A stretch of DNA of 64,000 nt from Sphingobacteriales bacterium (GCA_021299095.1 JAJTFW010000002.1:138133-202132), one strand, 5' to 3'. Counted from the stretch's first letter, positions 1 through 8,648 are shown. Numbers and translations are program-made. Notes: generated by a model from the sequence alone, not told the origin.

Positions 1-2
1 CA

Positions 3-725
3 TTTCTGGCTTACGTTCTGAACCCGCAACCATCAACTGTACTCGTTCTATGTCTCAAATACAAATCGATTGACAAGCGCAGTAAGCTTTACAAAGCCAT
101 TGAAAAGAAGGGCGTCGTGTTTGAGTCAAAGAAACTGTATGATGACAAACTCCCCAAATGGATTGAGACCTACCTTGCCGACAAGAAGGCGCTGATTCGT
201 CCGAATGCTGCTTTGCTTATGGCCGAACACCTTGGAAACGATCTTTCCCGCATCGCTAATGAATGCGACAAACTTCTGATCAACATCAAGCCTGGTGAAA
301 CCATTGATGTAAAACAAATCGAACAGAATATCGGAATCAGTAAAGAATTCAACGGACTCGAATTATTGAAAGCCATCGGCAAGAAAGATATTTTACAAGC
401 AACTCGTATTGTCAATTATTTCCGTGAAAACCCTAAGAACAATCCAATTCAGATGACGCTTGGAATGCTGTACAACTACTTTTCAAAATTGCTTTTGTTC
501 CATTCACTGGGTGATAAATCAAAACAGGCAGTAGCTACCGCATTGAAAGTACATCCTTTTTTCGTGGATGAATATTTTGTGGCCGCAAAAAATTATCCGC
601 CAGCGAAACTTGTCGAGATTGCGGGCTTATTGCGTCAGTTCGATTTGCGATCAAAGGGTGTTGGAAGTACCGAAAGCGATAGCGGAGAATTGACGCGCGA
701 ACTTGTGTATCGGATAATGCATTGA
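3..725 (+). CDS. holA: DNA polymerase III subunit delta (5'-truncated by window edge)
   Basis: Frame is open from nt 3 (FLAYVLNPQPSTVLVLCLKYKSIDKRSK...). Motifs LGNDLSRIANECDKL, IGISKEFN and HPFFVDEY are typical of Bacteroidota HolA. Confidence 0.92.
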   Translation, partial: FLAYVLNPQPSTVLVLCLKYKSIDKRSKLYKAIEKKGVVFESKKLYDDKLPKWIETYLADKKALIRPNAALLMAEHLGNDLSRIANECDKLLINIKPGETIDVKQIEQNIGISKEFNGLELLKAIGKKDILQATRIVNYFRENPKNNPIQMTLGMLYNYFSKLLLFHSLGDKSKQAVATALKVHPFFVDEYFVAAKNYPPAKLVEIAGLLRQFDLRSKGVGSTESDSGELTRELVYRIMH

Positions 726-730
726 ACGAA

Positions 731-1516
731 ATGAGCAGCACCTTCCGGATTTCAGTCGTATCCTACTTGAATGCAAAGCCCTATCTATCGGCTTTGAATC
801 GGCTTTCCGCTGAACACTTCCAGATTGAAGAAGATGTCCCCGCCAGATGTGCTCAAAAACTGATTGCTGGTGATGTCGACCTCGGACTGATTCCTGCTGC
901 GGTAATACCGAAAATTCAGCATCCCCACTTCGTTCCGGGATTCGGTATCGCGGCCAACGGAAGGGTCGACAGCGTTCTCCTATTGAGTAAAGTCCCCATC
1001 AGCCATGTGCTCGAGGTGGTCCTTGATATGGAATCCCGCACATCAGTACAGCTGGCGCGAATCCTGGCCAGAGAGTATTGGGACATTCAACCTACATGGG
1101 TGAATGAATCGGAATCAGGAAAACCGCTTGAATCAGGAGAACATGTATCCATTGTGGTTATAGGTGACAGGGCACTGGAACTGGCGCCGAAGTATGAATT
1201 CGTTTATGACTTGGCTGATGCTTGGAAATCACACACGGGCTTACCGTTTGTTTTTGCAGCCTGGGTAAGTCCCCGAGCCATTCCGGATGAGAAAATTGAA
1301 GCGCTCACTGCCGCCTTTGAATTTGCGGCAAACCCTGAAGAGTCCTTATTGGGCGCATTACAAGCTGCGCACCCAAGCGTGAATGTGCGTGAATATTTGA
1401 CCAAGCGAATCATTTACCGGCTCGGCGAAGCAGAATACAAGGGACTCCACTGCTTCTTACAGAAACTCAGCAATACAGATTCAATAGCGACCTCCGGTTC
1501 CACCCAAGCCCGATAG
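731..1516 (+). CDS. mqnA: Chorismate dehydratase, futalosine menaquinone pathway (MqnA/MqnD family)
   Basis: Motifs SYLNAKP, DLGLIP, SRTSVQL, IGDRAL and DLADAWKSHTGLPFVFAAW. ATG at 731 is preferred over TTG at 722. Confidence 0.85.
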   Translation: MSSTFRISVVSYLNAKPYLSALNRLSAEHFQIEEDVPARCAQKLIAGDVDLGLIPAAVIPKIQHPHFVPGFGIAANGRVDSVLLLSKVPISHVLEVVLDMESRTSVQLARILAREYWDIQPTWVNESESGKPLESGEHVSIVVIGDRALELAPKYEFVYDLADAWKSHTGLPFVFAAWVSPRAIPDEKIEALTAAFEFAANPEESLLGALQAAHPSVNVREYLTKRIIYRLGEAEYKGLHCFLQKLSNTDSIATSGSTQAR

Positions 1517-1750
1517 ACGGTCTGTGGCATCAGAAAGCCTTCTGACCAATTCATACTCCTCGTCTGTCAGGCCCGGAGTAGGATTCAATGATGTAACTCC
1601 TGCCTTGCGGACAGGATTAGCTGAACGGCCCATTACAAGAGCTGCCAGATCACGAATAAACGCCGATCGTTCATGGTCTTCCATGGCTTCACTCAAGGTA
1701 ACTACAAGGCGAAGGGCTTTGAGCCGAAGATCCGAAAATTCATTTTCCAT
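1481..1750 (-). CDS. Hypothetical protein (89 aa), directly downstream of the sensor kinase
   Basis: ATG at 1750 lies 16 nt after the kinase stop. The helical-looking sequence MENEFSDLRLKALRLVVTLSEAME... fills the gap, and its 3' end overlaps the end of mqnA by 36 nt. Confidence 0.5.
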   Translation of the reverse strand: MENEFSDLRLKALRLVVTLSEAMEDHERSAFIRDLAALVMGRSANPVRKAGVTSLNPTPGLTDEEYELVRRLSDATDRLSGLGGTGGRY

Positions 1751-1766
1751 AGTATTTCTACGCCAA

Positions 1767-3530
1767 TCAGGCGCGTTTGGTTCCGGAATTCGGTTGGACG
1801 CTTGAGGAACTGGACACCAAAGCGATTTCGTGCCTTGACTCAGGCCAGGAAACAAGGAAAGAAGCCCCTGCTCCTAATTCGGATTCGACGCGAATGGCAC
1901 CGCCTTCCTCCTCCACCAACTTCTTGACGATGGCTAGGCCGACTCCTCTTGACTCCACTTCATCCCTGGCATTGAGGGTCTGAAAAATCTCGAAAATCTT
2001 GTGGTGATACCTGGGTTCGATACCGGGACCATTATCCTGCACATAAAATTCCCAGCCACCAGAAGTCAGTCGACTTCCGATCGAAATTTCAGGTGCGATC
2101 TTATCGTTGTACTTTAGTGCATTCTGAATCAAATTGATGAACACCTGCTGCATCTTCACTTTTCGGGCGAGGACCCGTGGCCATTCACCGCTTACTGTAA
2201 TTTGTGCACAAGGAGGCGGCCCCAAAAGATCAACAGTTTCGCGCACCATTTCAGCTACATCGAATACGACGCGATCTTCCTCCTTTTTAGCAGCTTTCGT
2301 GTAATCTAGAATTCCATTGATAAGCCCTTCCATGCGAACAACCCGACCTTGAATGGTTGTGAGGTGCTTGTGCATTTCTGCTGGCAAGTGCTGGCCCATG
2401 TCTTCCTCAATCCAACCGGTGAGGCTTCCGATGGCCCGCAGGGGGGCTTTTAAATCGTGCGATACCACGTAAGCAAACTTGTCGAGCTCGGCATTGGTCT
2501 TTTCAAGATTTCGCATGTATAGGAGCATCTGTTCTTCTGCAAGCTTGCGCTCGGAGATATCGGTACCAATGAGGATGAATTGCGAACGACCATCTTGTTC
2601 CGATTGAATCGGAGTTGCATTCAGCTGAATCCAATACCTTGATCCATCCTTTCGCGCAATCTGAAGTTCACCAGAGAACGATACGTGACGGCTGAATGCA
2701 ATCGAAAGGTCCTGAAGCACACCATCCGACAATCCGGGCAGAGGTGCATACACTACAAGAATATCCAAACCGAGTACTACCGATGAATGTAATTGGGTCA
2801 GGCGCATGAAACCATCATTGACCCATTCAATGCGACCGTTCGCATCGGTTATAACGATGGCATTTTCTGCTTTTGATGCCACCATAGACAATTTATTCAA
2901 CTCAAGATTTTTCAGCGTGAGCTCGTTCCGTTGTTCTGTAATCCTGGAAATGACCTCGTTTTTTCCGCTTTCCAGATAGTTCATCTGAGCAGATAAAATC
3001 AGCATAGCGAATAGCCAAGTCGACATGTAATCGAGGTTGATACTCCACTCGTCTTTGCCGATGAGATCATATCGCACCCAATCCGTATAACCGGTGATGT
3101 ACCAGAAATAGACAATATGAATTGCTGAAAGAACGAAGACAATTCGACCGGCCTTATTGCCAAGAAGCATGTAGGCAAGCAACATATTCCCTGCCAGATA
3201 CATGATTGCAGAGGCCCGAATGCCGCCCGAACTATAACTGATGAGATGCAAGGTAATGAACGCCGCAAGTACGATTGTATAATATGAAAACTTATGATTT
3301 CGATGGAAAGGCAGCGATACGTAATTGATAACCAACCCGATAGCTAGCAGGCCAATCAACAATGAGGTCAACTTCGCGGTGACGCCAGACTCCATCACAC
3401 ATACCGACTGGGCGAATGCGATACCGATCACGACTCCTGCAGTCAGCGTGGTTATACTAAATAGCCTGAACCGTTGGCGATCGATTAGTTCCTGAGCGGC
3501 AAGATTCTCCAAATATTCCCGATAGCGCAT
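1767..3530 (-). CDS. Membrane sensor histidine kinase: about 6 TM helices + PAS/PAC + HisKA + HATPase_c
   Basis: Six hydrophobic segments in the N-terminal ~200 aa. PAS: AIVITDANGRIEWVNDGF...RKDGSRYW...TDISERK. H-box SHDLKAPL, N-box NLIQNALKY, G-boxes DNGPGI and GVGLAIVKK. Start is uncertain (3530 or 3566). Confidence 0.93.
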   Translation of the reverse strand: MRYREYLENLAAQELIDRQRFRLFSITTLTAGVVIGIAFAQSVCVMESGVTAKLTSLLIGLLAIGLVINYVSLPFHRNHKFSYYTIVLAAFITLHLISYSSGGIRASAIMYLAGNMLLAYMLLGNKAGRIVFVLSAIHIVYFWYITGYTDWVRYDLIGKDEWSINLDYMSTWLFAMLILSAQMNYLESGKNEVISRITEQRNELTLKNLELNKLSMVASKAENAIVITDANGRIEWVNDGFMRLTQLHSSVVLGLDILVVYAPLPGLSDGVLQDLSIAFSRHVSFSGELQIARKDGSRYWIQLNATPIQSEQDGRSQFILIGTDISERKLAEEQMLLYMRNLEKTNAELDKFAYVVSHDLKAPLRAIGSLTGWIEEDMGQHLPAEMHKHLTTIQGRVVRMEGLINGILDYTKAAKKEEDRVVFDVAEMVRETVDLLGPPPCAQITVSGEWPRVLARKVKMQQVFINLIQNALKYNDKIAPEISIGSRLTSGGWEFYVQDNGPGIEPRYHHKIFEIFQTLNARDEVESRGVGLAIVKKLVEEEGGAIRVESELGAGASFLVSWPESRHEIALVSSSSSVQPNSGTKRA

Positions 3531-3668
3531 ACGCCAACCGCCGAAAAAACTGAGTCTTTCGGGCATGGAATACGAAACCGAACGAAATGGATACATTTGA
3601 TGGAGTTTCTCCGTGAGGATTATTCCCACATTGTACGGAAGAGCTCGCCAGCTGGTTGCATAAGAGCC

Positions 3669-4082
3669 ATGACAAATCCAGGACCCCGAATTCTTCACGT
3701 AGAGGACGACCAGATTGATCGCATGGTCGTTCAGCGACTACTAGGTAAATTCGGTTTGGCTGAGGGTTTACTCCAGGCTGGTAATGGTCTTGAAGCGCTT
3801 GAACTATTACGTTCTTGCCCGAATCCACACCCAAGGGCAGTCCTGCTCGATATCAACATGCCCAAAATGAATGGGATTGAATTCCTTGAGCAGATCAGAC
3901 AGGAGCCGCTTCCATTTGCCACGAGCATTTATATGCTAACCACATCCACTGACGAGTGGGACAGGAAATCGGCCTTTGAACTGGGTGTTGCAGGCTATTT
4001 TGTGAAACCCATCAACATGAATGGCTACGAAATGCTCTTCGAAATGCTCAAATCGTTTTGGGCATTAAATCAATGGCCGTAG
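3669..4082 (+). CDS. Stand-alone response regulator receiver (Rcp1/CheY-like)
   Basis: ILHVEDD, LLDINMPKMNGIEFL (phospho-Asp), MLTTS and YFVKP, with no output domain. Divergent from the kinase. TACATTTG -7 element at 3592-3599. Confidence 0.92.
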   Translation: MTNPGPRILHVEDDQIDRMVVQRLLGKFGLAEGLLQAGNGLEALELLRSCPNPHPRAVLLDINMPKMNGIEFLEQIRQEPLPFATSIYMLTTSTDEWDRKSAFELGVAGYFVKPINMNGYEMLFEMLKSFWALNQWP

Positions 4083-4123
4083 ACGAAAACAGGAAGTCAA
4101 ACTGAATAAAACAGTCCCTGGAC

Positions 4124-5401
4124 TCAGCGATCTTTTCTAAAAAATCGATTCACCTCCGCAATCGAACTGCCTGCATCGGCAAGCGCCATCGGTAGTTGCA
4201 GTGCGACTTCTTTCAAGAGGCCTTCAATATCCTCCTTGGTCATATGTAGGGTTATCGGGACGCGAATACCGGTATTGTTGTACGAAACACTCGGAAAAAC
4301 CGAAAGATTCACATAGTAGCCGGCATTCATCAAACGGCGAACCAGGTTATATCCTACAACCGGCTTACCCAGGCAAATAAACTTGACGGGGGAGATATCA
4401 TCCGACATCATAGGTAAGTCGAGCAACCGTGCAGTTTGATTAAAAAACTTGATCCGATCCTGGAGTTGCTTCTGCATGAATCCGATTTCCTGGGTGAGGT
4501 GAATTCGCATGGAAGCTACTGCCGCTCCGAGAACTGGAGGGGGCATCTGAATGCTGAAAATCGAAGTCTTACCATAATCATGTACTCGCCTGGCTTCATC
4601 GGGATCTGGAAACACCATCACTCCACCAGCCGCACCGAACGCTTTTCCGAGTGATGTACTTAAGTACATGCGCGGATGAGACTTCGTCTTGCTCATCACA
4701 TACCCCGATCCGTTGGGGCCGGCCCAACTCATACCGTGGGCATCATCGATGTATAAATTCAATTGCTCATACCGATCAAGTAGCTCGGTGATTTCCGACA
4801 CTGGCGCTAAATCGCCAAACATCGAATAAACCCCGTCGGCCATGTACCATATCTTTCTGCACGAGGAAGAAAGCACCTTTACGCGATCCTCCAGTAAATC
4901 CAGCCGGTTGTGTCTAATGACTTCCACCGGAACTCCGCGCTCCTTCAACAGCGTGACCGCCATCTGGACACTGGCGTGCACACTCACATCCAGTATCACG
5001 GCATCTTCCTCTCCGACGATAATCGGCAAACTACTCAGATGTCCAAGTGTAGTTGTATTGAAAACAGCAACAGGCATTCCAAACACCTCTTCGAGTCCAT
5101 ACTCGAGTTCACCATAAAGTGGTGAAGACAGGTAAGAACGGGATGAGGAAAACTGAACACCAAACCGGGAAATCGCATCTACTGCGCCGCCCATCAAACG
5201 TTGATCGAGATCGAGGCCCAAATAACTGCAGGATCCGAAATTCTTTAGGCGACGGCTATTCAGGGTGACGTGCCGGCCGTCGAGTTGTGCATCCTCCACA
5301 GTTTGAAGGATTATACCGAGATTTTTCCCGGATACAGAAACTTCATCCAGCAAGGATAAAATCTGTTCGTGCTTGGTTTTGAGTCTGTTTTCGGGATTCA
5401 T
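4124..5401 (-). CDS. PLP-dependent alpha-oxoamine synthase family enzyme (BioF/Kbl/Spt/CqsA fold)
   Basis: NFGSCSYLGL, DVSVHASV, RHNRLDLLE, DGVYSMFGD, DDAHG and SLGKAFG (Schiff-base Lys). Substrate not assignable. Confidence 0.88.
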   Translation of the reverse strand: MNPENRLKTKHEQILSLLDEVSVSGKNLGIILQTVEDAQLDGRHVTLNSRRLKNFGSCSYLGLDLDQRLMGGAVDAISRFGVQFSSSRSYLSSPLYGELEYGLEEVFGMPVAVFNTTTLGHLSSLPIIVGEEDAVILDVSVHASVQMAVTLLKERGVPVEVIRHNRLDLLEDRVKVLSSSCRKIWYMADGVYSMFGDLAPVSEITELLDRYEQLNLYIDDAHGMSWAGPNGSGYVMSKTKSHPRMYLSTSLGKAFGAAGGVMVFPDPDEARRVHDYGKTSIFSIQMPPPVLGAAVASMRIHLTQEIGFMQKQLQDRIKFFNQTARLLDLPMMSDDISPVKFICLGKPVVGYNLVRRLMNAGYYVNLSVFPSVSYNNTGIRVPITLHMTKEDIEGLLKEVALQLPMALADAGSSIAEVNRFFRKDR

Positions 5402-5536
5402 CGGGTCTGCCAGGACTATTCCTGACGTGCACCTAAAATACCTTGGACCCGAGGCTCATTCTACGTGAGACCCAATCAATTATCAACCCAGCACTGTTGA
5501 TGGATTAAGGAGATGAATACAGATGCGAATCAGTGG

Positions 5537-7447
5537 TCAATCCTGAAGCAATGCGAACCCGTTGGGTCGTACATCACCCATTGTGACCCGACACGGCTCA
5601 GCAAGTCGAATGTCCTGCGAAAGCCATACGGCTTGGGAGGGATAAGCCTTTTTTACGACCATTCGTCGAATGGCCTGATTGGCCGGCCAAGTGTCGAATT
5701 TGCCGGTCACCTGAGGGTCGCTTTCGGTATAAAAAAGATAGGTTGCGCCCGCGTGATAAATACGTTCAGCCGTGCGCACATTTCCGGCATTCGACCTCGA
5801 ATGCAAACCCTCTTGATGTCCTATACCGATGGTAGCTCCATCATTCAGTAAAAATGTGCCATCGCCACTCACGACAGCCTGTTCACATAGTAATTCAGCA
5901 CCCGATTGCACTTCGAACTTCCGGTTACGCGCCACTGGACCGAGTCTAGCACCTTTGATAGACAACAACCGATCTGAAGGAACAAGCACGTTGCCAAGCT
6001 GAACAGCACAGCCATCACGCTGAATCCAGCGGGAGGGTGATGTTCCGAACGCACCGACCTGAAACAGACTGTTTACAGACTGCCTGCAATCGAACTGGCC
6101 ACCGAGTAAAATCACATCTCCATTAACAGAGATTGTCGTTGCGGTTGATGTGTTCCGTGCATCACTATACACGCCCTTGCGCATAATAAACCTACCGTCT
6201 ACATTCATGCGCAACACACCCTGGTGCGGGCCATAAAACTCGCCTCCATCAAATACAACATCACCACCTACCCTCAACACAGCATCAGAAGATGGGACGA
6301 ATCCACCCTTACCGGTACTCTGAAGCACAAGGTCTCCCTTGATTTCCGGGAGCAACACTCCTTTGGGAAGATATGTACCGGAATCAACTTCAATCCGAAA
6401 TGACCCCAACGAAGGAAGGTGGATGAACGAAGTATTACCCATTCGCGAGATCACTTGTACTGCTCCTTTTGCAATATCGGTAGTGAAGGCAGGAAGCGGC
6501 CCTGTTGTGTTGTGATAATACAAAGACCCACTCTCTAGACGCAAATCCGAGATAAACCATTCTCCTGCCATTGAAGAATCAACCTTGAGAACACCTCCAC
6601 ATGCAACCTGAACTGCCCCTAGGCGAAGCGGCGAAGTAATTTTCAATTCGCCGCCTTTTTCAACAACGAGTGTTTGAAGGTTGCCTCCGGTACTTGAAAT
6701 CATGCGGTGACCAGACTGAATGAAATAGCTGTTCCGTGTTTCATTCATTTGCCTGGGGGGCTGACCCGAACCATCGCGTCGTGAATTCCAGGAAGCGACT
6801 TTATTAAGCGACAGACTTCCCATCGAATAGAACGGGATATTGGGCAAAATGAAACGCTTCCCTTCCGGATTGCCGTTCTCGGGGCGAACAACCCGTGAAC
6901 CGACTCGGACTTCACGGCATGAAGCATCAACGGCCGCGCCGGGTGCGCTTGCATCAGCCGGAATATCGTATGTGAGCCAAAAATGATTTTTTCCACGCAT
7001 CAGTTCCTTGGGTCCAGAAAAGACGAGTTCCTCACCGTTGATGCGGACCAAGGTTGATCCGATCGTTTCCTGCAACGAAAACTCTGGATCATTTCCGGTA
7101 AACCATAGCCGCGCATTCATGAAATGGCGTTCATAGGGGAGCGTAGTCCCACGGGGAACAAAAGTGACGCTGTTCAGTGCGACAGGAACACCTTTCCCAT
7201 TTGTTTCAACCACCACGCCGATTACGCATTGGTTTATACTTCCACGCAATGCCGGGAGGGTATCCTGCTTAACAGTTACACCAACCAGGGTCATACCCGA
7301 AGCCGCTTTTCCTTCCTCGTCGACAGCTACATTGAAGAACACCAATAGACCTAAACCAAGAGCCAGCGTAACTCCCGCAAAAACCAGCGTTACCTGACGC
7401 AAACGTGTGGATTGACTTTGCCTGAACCTAATGCGCTTTCCTGACAT
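5537..7447 (-). CDS. Membrane-anchored/exported beta-rich protein with a BNR-associated N-terminal-like Ig domain and adhesin-like repeats
   Basis: Basic N-terminus plus TM segment (VTLVFAGVTLALGLGLLVFF). NARLWFTG...GKNHFWLTYDIPADA...AVDASC resembles the BNR_assoc_N domain. Gly-rich beta-strand repeats follow. Confidence 0.7.
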   Translation of the reverse strand: MSGKRIRFRQSQSTRLRQVTLVFAGVTLALGLGLLVFFNVAVDEEGKAASGMTLVGVTVKQDTLPALRGSINQCVIGVVVETNGKGVPVALNSVTFVPRGTTLPYERHFMNARLWFTGNDPEFSLQETIGSTLVRINGEELVFSGPKELMRGKNHFWLTYDIPADASAPGAAVDASCREVRVGSRVVRPENGNPEGKRFILPNIPFYSMGSLSLNKVASWNSRRDGSGQPPRQMNETRNSYFIQSGHRMISSTGGNLQTLVVEKGGELKITSPLRLGAVQVACGGVLKVDSSMAGEWFISDLRLESGSLYYHNTTGPLPAFTTDIAKGAVQVISRMGNTSFIHLPSLGSFRIEVDSGTYLPKGVLLPEIKGDLVLQSTGKGGFVPSSDAVLRVGGDVVFDGGEFYGPHQGVLRMNVDGRFIMRKGVYSDARNTSTATTISVNGDVILLGGQFDCRQSVNSLFQVGAFGTSPSRWIQRDGCAVQLGNVLVPSDRLLSIKGARLGPVARNRKFEVQSGAELLCEQAVVSGDGTFLLNDGATIGIGHQEGLHSRSNAGNVRTAERIYHAGATYLFYTESDPQVTGKFDTWPANQAIRRMVVKKAYPSQAVWLSQDIRLAEPCRVTMGDVRPNGFALLQD

Positions 7448-7470
7448 AAAATTTTCTGATTGCCCATTTG

Positions 7471-7496
7471 TACGGAAAACACTGTTGAACGGTTGC
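7471..7496 (-). promoter_or_regulatory. Putative ECF sigma promoter (GCAACC-N16-CGTA)
   Basis: Minus strand reads tGCAACC gttcaacagtgttttc CGTAc. It lies 24 nt upstream of ATG 7447 and just downstream of the hppD terminator. Confidence 0.45.
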
Positions 7497-7500
7497 AATC

Positions 7501-7532
7501 AAAAAAGACAGGCCCGGATTCGGGCCTGTCTT
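7501..7532 (-). terminator. Rho-independent terminator of hppD
   Basis: 12-bp stem aagacaggcccg/cgggcctgtctt with a 4-nt loop and a U-tract on the minus strand. Confidence 0.85.
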
Positions 7533-7553
7533 CTGCTTTTGCTCTGGAAACGA

Positions 7554-8648
7554 TTACAAATTACCTCTCAGGGCCTGTTCACGCTCGATAGCCTCGAATA
7601 GCGCCTTGAAGTTTCCTTTACCGAAGGAACGCGCGCCCTTGCGCTGAATGATTTCAAAAAAGACAGTAGGGCGATCCTCCACGGGCTTGGTGAATAGCTG
7701 TAGCAAATAACCTTCCTCGTCACGATCGACCAGAATACCTAGACGAGCAAGATCGTCCATGTCCTCGTCAATCTTCCCTACCCGAGCTGTGAGGTCGTCA
7801 TAATAGGTTTTCGGAACAGCCAGAAAATCGACACCGCGCTCTTTTAAGTTGGAAACAGTTTCGATAATGTTATTTGTAATGATGGCGATGTGTTGGACAC
7901 CAGCTCCATGGTAAAACTCCAGGTATTCGTCAATCTGGGATTTCTTTTTCCCCTCAGCCGGCTCGTTGATCGGAAACTTCACAAAACCGTTACCATTTGA
8001 TACCACTTTAGACATCAGGGCACTGTACTCGGTACTGATATCCTTGTCGTCGAAGGTTATAATCATCTTGAAACCCATGACGTCCTCGTAAAACTTTACC
8101 CATTCGTTCATCCGACCGAGTTCGACATTGCCTACGCAATGATCTACATACTCCAGCCCAACCGGATTGATTTGAATCGATGAAGACGCTGCACGGTAAC
8201 CCGGCATAAAGGCACCCTTGTAATTCTTGCGCTCAATGAACTTATGGATGGTATCTCCATAGGTGTGGATTGCCGCAACACGAACCTCACCAAAATCATC
8301 GCTGAGCGTAGTAGGCTGTGTATGCGCTTTTGCCCCGCGGGACATGGTTTCATAGAAGGACTTTTCTGCATCATCGACCCAAAGGGCCAGCACCTTGACT
8401 CCATCGCCGTGCTGAGCTACATGCCTTGTGATCTCGTGATCGGGATGCAATGCAGTTGTGAGCACAAAACGCACCTTACCCTGTTGAAGGACGTACGATG
8501 CACGATCGCGAACTCCGGTTTCCGGACCAGCGTAGGCAACCAGGTTGAATCCAAAGGAGTGTTGATAGTAATAGGCGGACTGCTTGGCATTTCCGACATA
8601 GAATTCTATGTGATCGGTGCCGTTTAAGGGAAGGAAATCGGTGCTCAT
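7554..8648 (-). CDS. hppD: 4-hydroxyphenylpyruvate dioxygenase
   Basis: DHIEFYVGNAKQ, DHCVGNV, KFPINEP, GVQHIA and FFEIIQRKGARSFGKGNFKALFEAIEREQ. TAATTTTG -7 element at 8666-8673. Confidence 0.97.
   Translation of the reverse strand: MSTDFLPLNGTDHIEFYVGNAKQSAYYYQHSFGFNLVAYAGPETGVRDRASYVLQQGKVRFVLTTALHPDHEITRHVAQHGDGVKVLALWVDDAEKSFYETMSRGAKAHTQPTTLSDDFGEVRVAAIHTYGDTIHKFIERKNYKGAFMPGYRAASSSIQINPVGLEYVDHCVGNVELGRMNEWVKFYEDVMGFKMIITFDDKDISTEYSALMSKVVSNGNGFVKFPINEPAEGKKKSQIDEYLEFYHGAGVQHIAIITNNIIETVSNLKERGVDFLAVPKTYYDDLTARVGKIDEDMDDLARLGILVDRDEEGYLLQLFTKPVEDRPTVFFEIIQRKGARSFGKGNFKALFEAIEREQALRGNL

Noticed and set aside
3531..3698. Apparent head-to-head overlap of the kinase and receiver ORFs
   Set aside because: This is an artefact of longest-ORF starts. 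The likely starts (3530 or 3566, and 3669) leave a normal divergent intergenic region.
4124..5401. Calling the AOS enzyme bioF, kbl, spt or cqsA
   Set aside because: Only the family fold is supported. The substrate-side motifs differ and no pathway neighbours are present, so no gene symbol was given.
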